The position numbers and the translations under genes are program-made. Positions 16,416 through 23,925 of a DNA stretch of 32,000 bases are shown here, one piece after another (position 1 is the first letter of the stretch; every line of letters starts with the position of its first letter). The notes under the pieces are model-generated. The model was not told the DNA's origin, ran no database searches, and saw nothing but the letters and a program-made list of their open reading frames with translations. The stretch is taken from NCBI GenBank assembly GCA_963704755.1, contig OY969938.1:2280001-2312000 (forward strand). The letters are read 5' to 3'. The stretch is from an uncultured Chloroflexia bacterium (GTDB lineage: Bacteria; Chloroflexota; Anaerolineae; Anaerolineales; Anaerolineaceae).

Positions 16416-16879
16416 GATAGGGCCTCCTTCAGCACCGGCCGGGATGACTTGCTCGCCAGGATGTCTACCGCCTTCGCGATACCCTCGATGATCGCGTCCG
16501 GGCGGGGCGGACAGCCGGGCACGTACACGTCCACCGGGATGTAGCGGTCCAGCGGGCCGGCCACCACCGGGCTGCCGGCAAACACGTTGCAGGAAGCCGG
16601 GCAGGAGCCCAGCGCCACCACCACCTTGGGCTCGGGTACCTGGGCATAGACCGTCAGCAGGGCGTCCAGGGAATTGCAGGTGACCGGCCCGGTGATGACC
16701 AGGATATCGGCGTGCCGCGGGCTGCCCTGCAGGCGGATGCCCAACTGCTCCACGTCGTAGCGCGGGGTCAAGCAGGCCACCAGCTCGATGTCGCAGCCGT
16801 TGCAGGCGCCGGTATTGAGGTGGTAAAGCCAGGGGCTGCGTCGCCGGGATTGTTCGACCAGATTATCGATAAAACTCAT
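16412..16879 (-). CDS. Group-4 [NiFe]-hydrogenase small subunit (NuoB/CooL/HycG-like)
   Basis: 155 aa with Cys ligands in GACNGCDIE, GSCPASC and YVPGCPPRP (the NuoB-type proximal cluster pattern). It has no Tat signal, so it should face the cytoplasm. Confidence 0.88.
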   Translation of the reverse strand: MSFIDNLVEQSRRRSPWLYHLNTGACNGCDIELVACLTPRYDVEQLGIRLQGSPRHADILVITGPVTCNSLDALLTVYAQVPEPKVVVALGSCPASCNVFAGSPVVAGPLDRYIPVDVYVPGCPPRPDAIIEGIAKAVDILASKSSRPVLKEALS

Positions 16880-16883
16880 TCTG

Positions 16884-19800
16884 CTATCCTCCCAGCAGCC
16901 TGGAAAAGGCGTTCACCATTTCCGGCCAGATGCCGGCGGCCAATAAGGCCAGGATCAGGACCAGCATGACGGCATTCAGCGCAGCCAGCCGGGCCGGGGA
17001 TGAGCCGCCCTCCGCCGAAGGCTCGCCCCACCAGAAGATCACCAGCGCCCGCGCGTAAGCCAACAAGGCCATGCCCGAGGCCAGCAAGAAAGCGAACAGC
17101 AGCCAGGGGCTTCCGTAGGCGGCGGCAGCGGCGTACAACTGCCAGCGGGCGGCGAAACCCCAGGTAGGCGGCACACCCAGCATGGCCAGCATCCCAACCA
17201 GGAAGGCCGCCCCGGCCAGGGGATAACGGGAGGCCATGCCGTGTTTGTCCAGGGTAGGCGCGCCTTCCGTTTCCGGGCCGGACAGGCTGGCAAACAGCAG
17301 GGCCTTGGCCAGGGCGTGCACCATGATGCCCGTCAGAGCGCCGGAAAGCCCCCACTGGCCGGCGGCAAAGACACCCAGCACCAGGTAGCCCATATCTTCG
17401 ATGGTAGAGAAAGCCAGCAGACGCTTGAGATCGCGCTGGGCCAGCATCAGCAGCGCGCCACCCAGCGAGGAGAGCAGCGCCAGCGCCAGCCACAGCCCGG
17501 AGACCGCGGCGAACACGCCGCTGCTGCTGAGCAGCCACAACTCGCCAAAGGCGGACACATCCACCACCGAGATGACCAGGCCGATCACCAGGGCCGGGGT
17601 GGCAGCCGCAGCCTGAGGCAGCCAAAGGTACAGCGGCACCAGGGCCAGCTTGATAGCGAAACCGGCCAGCAGCAGGGCCGCCGCCCAGGTGACCTGGCCG
17701 GCGCTCAAGAGCAGGTTGCCCGCGACAACGGACACAATCGAAATCAGCATGGCGGCCAGGTAGGCCCGGCTGGCGATGCGGTCCTGGCTGCTGCGCCAGA
17801 CCAGCAGCAGGGCAGCCAACGACGAACATTCCAAAAGCGCCAGGCGCAAGACCGGGTTGGCCGAAGCCAGCCCGCCCACGGCCAGGACGCCGCTCAAAGC
17901 CATCAGCGGCAGCCGGGAGCGGACACCGGGCAGCGCTGCGGCGGAGACCAACAAAGCCAGGCAGGCCAGCCCGGCTGCAATAGTAAGAATAAGCGGGATG
18001 GAGCCGCTTTCAGTGCTCACAGCCCCAGCCGCGGGGGCGAAGGGCAGGACCGCGACGACCGCCGCCAGGCTGAAGGCCAGCAAAAACGCCACGGCGCGCC
18101 GTTCCAGCCAGGCGCCGGCCCGGCCAACCGAACTGCTCAAGCGCAATAAAGCATGCCAGACGGCCAGGTAATAGCGGTCCATGTCGAACCAGGTGTAGAA
18201 GGGCGCCAGGTTGTGCTTGATGATGGCCGAAAAGTCGCTGGCCGGCAGATGAGCCGACCCGCGCAGCGGTTCGCCGCCGGTGAACACACCGCCCCAGGCG
18301 GCTTCAGCCGCGCCGGCGCCCGAAGCGACGGCCACAACCTGGTGGCCGCGTTGGGTCAGATAATAGACCAGCCCGCCGCCGCCCAGGGCCACCACGGCCA
18401 AAACCAGCCCGCCGGTGCTCCACCAGCTCCCGGTGGCGGTAGTCAGGCCAAACCAGGTCACCTGCGTCACCGGGGTCATACCCAGGCCGGCCAGCACCGG
18501 GTTGATCAGGTATTGGATGGGCAGTTGCGGAGCAACACCCAGCACCAGGCTGACCGCCGCCATGGCGCCCATGCCCCAGCGCATCACCAGCGGCACTTCG
18601 TGGATTTCTTTGGAATCAGGGGTGGTTTCGACACCCAGGAATACTGAGCTGGTGGCCTTCATGAAGTAGAAGACCGTCAGCACACTGACGAACCAGGACA
18701 CCAGTGCCGGGATGATTTGTCCGGATTCGAGCGCGGCATTGTAGAGCAGCCATTTGCTAACAAAACCGCTCAGCAAGGGGATGCCGGAGATGGCCCCGGC
18801 ATTGATCAGCCAGAAGACGGTCGTGTGCGGCATACGCCGCGCCAACCCGCCCAATTGGTTCATATCTCTGGTGCCGGTTTCATGTTGTACCGAACCGGCC
18901 CCCAGGAACAGGCCGCCCTTGAAGAAGCCGTGGTTGAGGCAGTGCAGCAGCCCGGCGGCGATGCCCAGGGGTGTACCCAGGCCCAAGCCGAGCATCATGT
19001 AGCCGATCTGGCTAATGGTGCTGAAGGCCAGCATCCGTTTCAAATCGGTCTGGACCATGGCATACAACACCCCTACCAGCATGGTGACGGTTCCGATCCA
19101 GATGACGATATTGCTCCAGGCGGTTGGCCAGGCCCCCAGGCTGTGCAGGCGGGCCACCAGGTACACCCCGGCTTTAACGTAACAGGCCGCATGCAGCAGC
19201 GCACTGACCGGAGTCGGCGCGGCCATCGCATCCGGGATCCAGGTGTGCAGCGGGAACTGCACCGACTTGGCCACGGCGGCCACCAGGATAAGCAGGAACA
19301 GCCCGGTCGTCACGGCGCCGCCCAGGTTGGGGTCGGTCCACAGGATTGTGCCGGTACGGGTGTAAATCAGCAAGATGGCGGCCAGCAGGCCGTAACCGGC
19401 CAGGTGAGTCATCACCAGCACCTTGCGGGCCCCGCGGACGGCGTCCTTTTGCTGGTACCAGAAACTCACCAGCAGGAACGAGCACAATCCGATCACTTCC
19501 CAGCTCAGGTAGAAGACCAGCAGGTTGGCCGAATAGACCAGGTGAACCAGCCCACCGATAAAGACCAGCATCAGGATATAAAATCGGGTCGAGCCGGGAT
19601 CATCGGCCATGTAGCCGATCGAGTACAGCAGGATGGCAGCGCCGATAGCGGTGCCCATGAACGCGAACAGCAGGCTCAACCCATCCACGTGGTATGCCAG
19701 CGCCAGGGGGCCATCCCAGGTCAGCGCCGTCCAATCCAACGATCCGCCGCCCTGGATGGGAAAGGCTGCCGCGACCACACTGCCCAGGGCAGCCAGGCAG

Positions 19801-19913
19801 GCTACAAAGGCCAGCCAGCCTTTACTCTTGGCGGAGAGCCAACGTCCCAGGACGAATTGCAGCAGGATGCCGACGCCGAGCATGCCAAATGGCAAAATAA
19901 CATATTTTTCCAC
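16884..19913 (-). CDS. Fused double antiporter-like membrane subunit (CooM / NuoL-HycC-like plus NuoN/M-like)
   Basis: 1009 aa, GTG start with GGAGG 6 nt upstream. Module 1 has LSWEVIGLCSFLLVSFW, AKSVQFPLHTWIPDAMAAPTPVSALLHAA, LAFSTISQIGYM and HGFFKGGLFL. Module 2 (from about aa 620) has AIKLALVPLYLWLPQAAAATPALV, LAFSTIEDMGYL and HALAKALLFA. Confidence 0.85.
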   Translation of the reverse strand: MEKYVILPFGMLGVGILLQFVLGRWLSAKSKGWLAFVACLAALGSVVAAAFPIQGGGSLDWTALTWDGPLALAYHVDGLSLLFAFMGTAIGAAILLYSIGYMADDPGSTRFYILMLVFIGGLVHLVYSANLLVFYLSWEVIGLCSFLLVSFWYQQKDAVRGARKVLVMTHLAGYGLLAAILLIYTRTGTILWTDPNLGGAVTTGLFLLILVAAVAKSVQFPLHTWIPDAMAAPTPVSALLHAACYVKAGVYLVARLHSLGAWPTAWSNIVIWIGTVTMLVGVLYAMVQTDLKRMLAFSTISQIGYMMLGLGLGTPLGIAAGLLHCLNHGFFKGGLFLGAGSVQHETGTRDMNQLGGLARRMPHTTVFWLINAGAISGIPLLSGFVSKWLLYNAALESGQIIPALVSWFVSVLTVFYFMKATSSVFLGVETTPDSKEIHEVPLVMRWGMGAMAAVSLVLGVAPQLPIQYLINPVLAGLGMTPVTQVTWFGLTTATGSWWSTGGLVLAVVALGGGGLVYYLTQRGHQVVAVASGAGAAEAAWGGVFTGGEPLRGSAHLPASDFSAIIKHNLAPFYTWFDMDRYYLAVWHALLRLSSSVGRAGAWLERRAVAFLLAFSLAAVVAVLPFAPAAGAVSTESGSIPLILTIAAGLACLALLVSAAALPGVRSRLPLMALSGVLAVGGLASANPVLRLALLECSSLAALLLVWRSSQDRIASRAYLAAMLISIVSVVAGNLLLSAGQVTWAAALLLAGFAIKLALVPLYLWLPQAAAATPALVIGLVISVVDVSAFGELWLLSSSGVFAAVSGLWLALALLSSLGGALLMLAQRDLKRLLAFSTIEDMGYLVLGVFAAGQWGLSGALTGIMVHALAKALLFASLSGPETEGAPTLDKHGMASRYPLAGAAFLVGMLAMLGVPPTWGFAARWQLYAAAAAYGSPWLLFAFLLASGMALLAYARALVIFWWGEPSAEGGSSPARLAALNAVMLVLILALLAAGIWPEMVNAFSRLLGG

Positions 19914-20015
19914 GAGCGCCTCCGGATATGGCTGGGCCAGCCAGGCCCTCTCCTGGCACCTGGCTGGCCCAAAGCTAAGAGCTACCGACTAAGGATCTTT
20001 CCGAAAATTGCTGCG

Positions 20016-20056
20016 AGTGTTTGTTTTGGGCGGCTTAGCGGCCCAAAACAAACACT
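20016..20056. repeat. AT-rich 16-bp-stem hairpin in the gap between the ferredoxin and hydrogenase genes
   Basis: AGTGTTTGTTTTGGGC (20016-20031) pairs with GCCCAAAACAAACACT (20041-20056), loop GGCTTAGCG. A second small hairpin TCCCGTT/AACGGGA lies at about 20094-20111. Confidence 0.8.
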
Positions 20057-20140
20057 TAGAAAATAGTCTCTTCCATTTCTAGTGGGGGGTATTTTCCCGT
20101 TCAAAACGGGAGAGCCAGAAAATATTATTTCGGATAGATA

Positions 20141-20623
20141 CTAAGCAGGATTGCCCAGAATGGCATCTTTCATTTTCGAGGCAAAATCTCTCTGGCGCGC
20201 TTTGTTTGAAACCGTATCGTCCACATATTCCAACGCATCCGAAGGGCACATCTGGACACAGGCCGGATCGCCATTGCAGGTATCGCATTTGAAAATGCTG
20301 TCAGTCAGGGCATCGTACACGGCATTGCCGAACGGGCAGGCCATGGTGCACATACGGCAGCGGATGCAACGATTGTCGTCCCACTCGACCAGGGCAGTAT
20401 CCGCGTTACGGTGCATGGCGCCGGTGGGGCAGACGGTCACGCAGGCGGCATCGCTGCAATGTTGGCAGAGCATCGGCACCGAAACTCCTTCGAACGCCCA
20501 GGAATAAACATGAACGCGCGAGGCGTCCAGCCGTTGGCTGCCTTCATGTTCAAATGCACAGGCCATCTCGCAAGCCTGGCAGCCCACGCATCGTTCAGGG
20601 TGGATCATTAAAATTTTAGCCAT
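20141..20623 (-). CDS. 4x[4Fe-4S] ferredoxin-like electron-transfer subunit (CooF/HycB family)
   Basis: 160 aa with 16 Cys in four groups: C12xxC15xxC18xxxC22, C53xxC56x4C61xxxC65P, C86xxC89xxC92xxxC96P and C113xxC116x5C122xxxC126P. GGAGG lies 6 nt upstream of the ATG. Confidence 0.88.
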   Translation of the reverse strand: MAKILMIHPERCVGCQACEMACAFEHEGSQRLDASRVHVYSWAFEGVSVPMLCQHCSDAACVTVCPTGAMHRNADTALVEWDDNRCIRCRMCTMACPFGNAVYDALTDSIFKCDTCNGDPACVQMCPSDALEYVDDTVSNKARQRDFASKMKDAILGNPA

Positions 20624-20658
20624 TCGTACCTCCTTTACAGAGCGATGATCACAAAATC

Positions 20659-23412
20659 CTAATAGATGGCTGGGACTGCAACAGCCTGTTCTTCAGCCTC
20701 AAGGGCGGCCAGTACTTTCGCCGGGCGGGCCGGCAATTCTTTGACGCGGGCGCCAGTGGCGTTCTTGATGGCGTTGATGATGGCAGCGTGCGGCGAGGTC
20801 AGCGGAAGCTCACCCACGCCGGCGGCGCCGAAGGGGCCATTCTCGCGGGGTGTCTCGACGTAGATGATGTCGATCTTATCCGGCACATCGCGGGCGAAGG
20901 GCACGCCGGCGCCCATCAGGGTGGAGTGCAGCTCGATGTCCTCGAAATCCTCGCTCAGCGCCAGGCCAACGCCCTGGGCCAGGCCGCCGTAAATCTGGCC
21001 GTCCACCACCAGTTTGTTGTTGATCTTGCCGACATCGGCCGCCAGGGTCAAGCCGGTCACCTTGGTCTTGCCGCTCTTGACGTCCACCGTGACTTCGGCC
21101 ATGAAGATGCCGTACATGTACACGGCAAAGGGGCTGCCCTGGGCAGTTTCCGAGTCGCAGTTGGTGTTCATCGAAGAAGCCCAACTGCCCTTATAGCGCA
21201 GCGGTAAGCCCTCTTCCACCATCTGGTCGTAGGTGCGGAATTTGCCATCTTTGATGCGCATGGCGGCGATCAGGTTTTCGCAGCCGTTCTTGATAGCATT
21301 GCCAACCATCACCTGGCTGCGGCTGCCGCCGGCCGGGCCACCGTTGAGGGTCTTGGCGGTATCGTTCATCACCAGCTTGATGACTTTCGGGTCCAGGCCG
21401 AGCGGGCGCAGGGCCTCGTGAGCCGTGCCGAGCACGCCCATATCGGCGCCCTGGCCGTGGTCGTGCCAGTTGGCATACACGGTCACGCCTTGTTTGGTCA
21501 GTTCGACTTCGATTTCGGCCCCATCCACGCCATCCAGGCCGCAGCCATAGATGCCGATGGAGATCCCCACGCCTTTCTTCTTCTCGGGGGTCGATTCGCG
21601 TTCCGCCCGTTCCAGGGCTTCCTGGTAGCGCGGGCGCAGCTTGTCGATCATCTCCGGCAGGGAGTAAACCTCGGGCGGCTGGCCGGTAGGGGTGGTATCG
21701 CCGGGGCGATAGACGTTCTGGTAGCGCAATTCGAGCGGGTCCATATCCATGGCTTCGGCCAGCTCATCGATCAGGCACTCGGAGGCGAACATACTTTCCG
21801 GTGCGCCGTAGCCGCGGAATGCGGCTCCCCAGGCATGATTGGTGCAGACCGTGCGGCCAATACCGCGGATGCTGGGAATGTTGTAACCGGCGCCGATAAA
21901 CTGAGCCCCCCGCAGAGTCAACAGGTCGCCAAACTCGGAGTAGGGGCCGTGGTCCACGGTCCAGTCGCTCTCCATCGCCAGCAACTTGCCTTTCGAATCG
22001 GCCGCCAGCTTGAGGTTGACAAAGAAAGGCGAGCGCTTGCCGGTGTAGGTCATGTACTGGTGGTAATCGTAAGTCAGCGAGACCGGGTGATTGGTGGCCA
22101 TGCAGGCCACGCCCAGCAGGGCCTCCATGGTCGGGGAGAATTTATAGCCAAATGTACCGCCGGCCGGGTTTTGCACCATGCGGATCTTCTCGGGCTCGAG
22201 GCCGATGCCGGGGGCGATCATCAGCAGATGCAGATACAGGCCGATGCTCTTGGAGTGGATGGTCAGCCGGCCTTCGCTGTCGAAATAGGCAAAGCCGGTA
22301 TCCGATTCGATGCTCATGTGCGGCTGGCGCTGGGTGTAGAAATTGTCCTCCACCACGTAAGCGGCTTTGTCCATGATCGGGGCCGTTTCTTCGCCCTTGA
22401 CGATCTTCTGTTCGAAGTAGATGTTCGGCGTGCCGGGATGGATTTCGATGGCGTCGTCTGACATGGCATCCGGCGCATTCATATAAGCCGGCAGCTCTTC
22501 CAGCTCCACTTTGACCTTATCGGCGGCGGCCCGGGCATGCGCTTCGGTGTCGGCGCAGACGATGGCAATGGCGTCGCCGAACTGGAACACCTTGGTATCG
22601 CACAGGATCGGCCGGTCCCAACCATCGCCCTTATTGGTCGAAAAAGTGATCAGGCCGGTAATGCGGTTCTTGCCTTTGACGTCTTTGTGGGTGACCACTT
22701 TGAAGACGCCCGGCATCTTCTCGGCTGCCGAGGTATCGATTGAAAGGATGTTGGCGTGCGAGACCTTGGCCTGCACCAGCGCCAACCGCAGGGTGTTAGC
22801 CGGCATCTTGAGCGCCAAATCCTGGCCGAAATCTAACGTGCCGGTCACTTTGGCTTTCGCGGTGGGGCGGGGATATTTGCTGCCCCAGACGTGGCCGTCC
22901 TTGGGCATCTTGTATTCCAGCTCGGTCTCGCTCATTTCGCCCCGCAGAACCTTGGCCGCGTCCATGATCGAATCGACGATCGGTTTGTAGCCGGTGCAGC
23001 GGCAGACGTTATGATGCTTGGTGAGCCAGGTGCGTACTTCTTCGCGGGTGGGGTCGGGGTTCTGGTCCAGCAGTGCTTTGGAGGAAACCACCATACCCGG
23101 CGTGCAGAAACCGCATTGGGCCGCGCCATGCACGATCATGGCTTTCTGGATGGGATGCATGTGATCCGGGGTGCCGATGCCTTCCACCGTCGTGATTTTG
23201 GCCCCATCCGGCACGCGTTTGGCCCGGGTTACGCAGGACAGGGTTAACCTGCCATCCACGATAACCGAACAGGCCCCGCAGTGACCATCATTGCAGGAGA
23301 CTTTCGTACCGGTCAACAAAAGCTGCTGGCGCAGTACATCCGCCAATGACGCATCCTCGGCAACCTCAATTGACCGGGACACGCCATTAATATTAAACAT
23401 TTTCTTTTGCAT
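20659..23412 (-). CDS. mop: Mop-type aldehyde oxidoreductase (xanthine oxidase family; 2x[2Fe-2S] plus Mo-pterin domains in one chain, no FAD domain)
   Basis: CNDGHCGACSV..C (plant-type 2Fe-2S), QCGFCTPGMV..CRCTGY (second 2Fe-2S), then GTFGYKFS, AFRGYGAP and the catalytic-Glu context AAGVGELPLTSPHAAIINAI. Length and domain order match my recollection of Desulfovibrio gigas Mop along the whole chain. The start was chosen at the ATG at 23412 (GGAGG 5 nt upstream); the ORF is open to 23433. Confidence 0.9.
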   Translation of the reverse strand: MQKKMFNINGVSRSIEVAEDASLADVLRQQLLLTGTKVSCNDGHCGACSVIVDGRLTLSCVTRAKRVPDGAKITTVEGIGTPDHMHPIQKAMIVHGAAQCGFCTPGMVVSSKALLDQNPDPTREEVRTWLTKHHNVCRCTGYKPIVDSIMDAAKVLRGEMSETELEYKMPKDGHVWGSKYPRPTAKAKVTGTLDFGQDLALKMPANTLRLALVQAKVSHANILSIDTSAAEKMPGVFKVVTHKDVKGKNRITGLITFSTNKGDGWDRPILCDTKVFQFGDAIAIVCADTEAHARAAADKVKVELEELPAYMNAPDAMSDDAIEIHPGTPNIYFEQKIVKGEETAPIMDKAAYVVEDNFYTQRQPHMSIESDTGFAYFDSEGRLTIHSKSIGLYLHLLMIAPGIGLEPEKIRMVQNPAGGTFGYKFSPTMEALLGVACMATNHPVSLTYDYHQYMTYTGKRSPFFVNLKLAADSKGKLLAMESDWTVDHGPYSEFGDLLTLRGAQFIGAGYNIPSIRGIGRTVCTNHAWGAAFRGYGAPESMFASECLIDELAEAMDMDPLELRYQNVYRPGDTTPTGQPPEVYSLPEMIDKLRPRYQEALERAERESTPEKKKGVGISIGIYGCGLDGVDGAEIEVELTKQGVTVYANWHDHGQGADMGVLGTAHEALRPLGLDPKVIKLVMNDTAKTLNGGPAGGSRSQVMVGNAIKNGCENLIAAMRIKDGKFRTYDQMVEEGLPLRYKGSWASSMNTNCDSETAQGSPFAVYMYGIFMAEVTVDVKSGKTKVTGLTLAADVGKINNKLVVDGQIYGGLAQGVGLALSEDFEDIELHSTLMGAGVPFARDVPDKIDIIYVETPRENGPFGAAGVGELPLTSPHAAIINAIKNATGARVKELPARPAKVLAALEAEEQAVAVPAIY

Positions 23413-23541
23413 CCTTACCTCCTTATAAAACATTGGGAATATGGGGCACGGGCGGAAATTTCATCAAAATGCACATTGCATGCAGGGGAAAGGCCCTGAA
23501 TTCGGATACTTCTTGCATATACCTGAAAAGCTACTTTAGAT

Positions 23542-23655
23542 GTAACTGCTCAGGCAGGTTCAGAAGGGATGGGTGTTTTTTTTATTGTTTTTGTGTACTT
23601 CGCACACAAAAACAATAAAAAACACCCGGTCCCTCCATAGCAGCTGAGTAGTTAC
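23542..23655. promoter_or_regulatory. Nested ~115-bp palindrome with an AT-rich ~25-bp stem in the divergent control region
   Basis: Inner arms GGGTGTTTTTTTTATTGTTTTTGTGT (23571-) and ACACAAAAACAATAAAAAACACCC (-23627) pair with a 2-nt bulge. Outer arms are GTAACTGCTCAG (23542-23553) and CTGAGTAGTTAC (23644-23655). Confidence 0.7.
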
Positions 23656-23805
23656 CTTTACATCATAGGTTAAAAACTAGCGGGTTTCATCGGGCAGGTG
23701 GGTACTCTATATTGGGCCAGGTGACCCATTCCGGATAGCCCACTTGACCGATGAAATGGCCAGGGGGGCACTATATACTGAAAGCAACTGTCCAGCTCAA
23801 TAGCT

Positions 23806-23878
23806 AAAAAACCCGAATTTGCGATGTCCGCGGGGGTTTAGACCCCGCTGACATCGCAAATTCGGGAAATTCTTACAC
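23806..23878. repeat. Palindromic hairpin element, second member of the CCCGAATTTG...CAAATTCGGG family
   Basis: CCCGAATTTGCGATGTC (23812-23828) pairs with GACATCGCAAATTCGGG (23850-23866), with an inner GCGGGG/CCCCGC stem. The flank AAATTCTTAC mirrors GTAAGAAC of the 7613 copy. Confidence 0.8.
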
Positions 23879-23925
23879 TTGCTTGCGTCGTTACATTCAG
23901 GTTTCGGTCAGTTTAAGGTCAAAAG

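Noticed and set aside
13466-19913. Respiratory complex I (nuo) fragment.
   Set aside because: The NuoD-like protein retains both hydrogenase Ni-Fe Cys pairs (RxCGxCxxxH and DPCxxCxxR), which complex I has lost. NuoA/J/K and NuoE/F/G are absent. The subunit set equals that of group-4 hydrogenases.
20659-23433. Xanthine dehydrogenase or aerobic CO dehydrogenase (CoxL) instead of an aldehyde oxidoreductase.
   Set aside because: The Fe-S and Mo domains are in one chain with no FAD domain or subunit nearby. I did not see a CoxL-type active-site loop. Length and domain order fit Mop. Substrate specificity (which aldehyde or N-heterocycle) still cannot be fixed from sequence, so this remains a family-level call.
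23413-23925. Small ORF 23433-23618 (61 aa, Cys-rich) and a Moco riboswitch call in the divergent intergenic region.
   Set aside because: The ORF has no RBS, spans the AT-rich palindrome and has an implausible composition. I could not match the Moco RNA consensus by eye, so no riboswitch is annotated; it is only suggested as a search.
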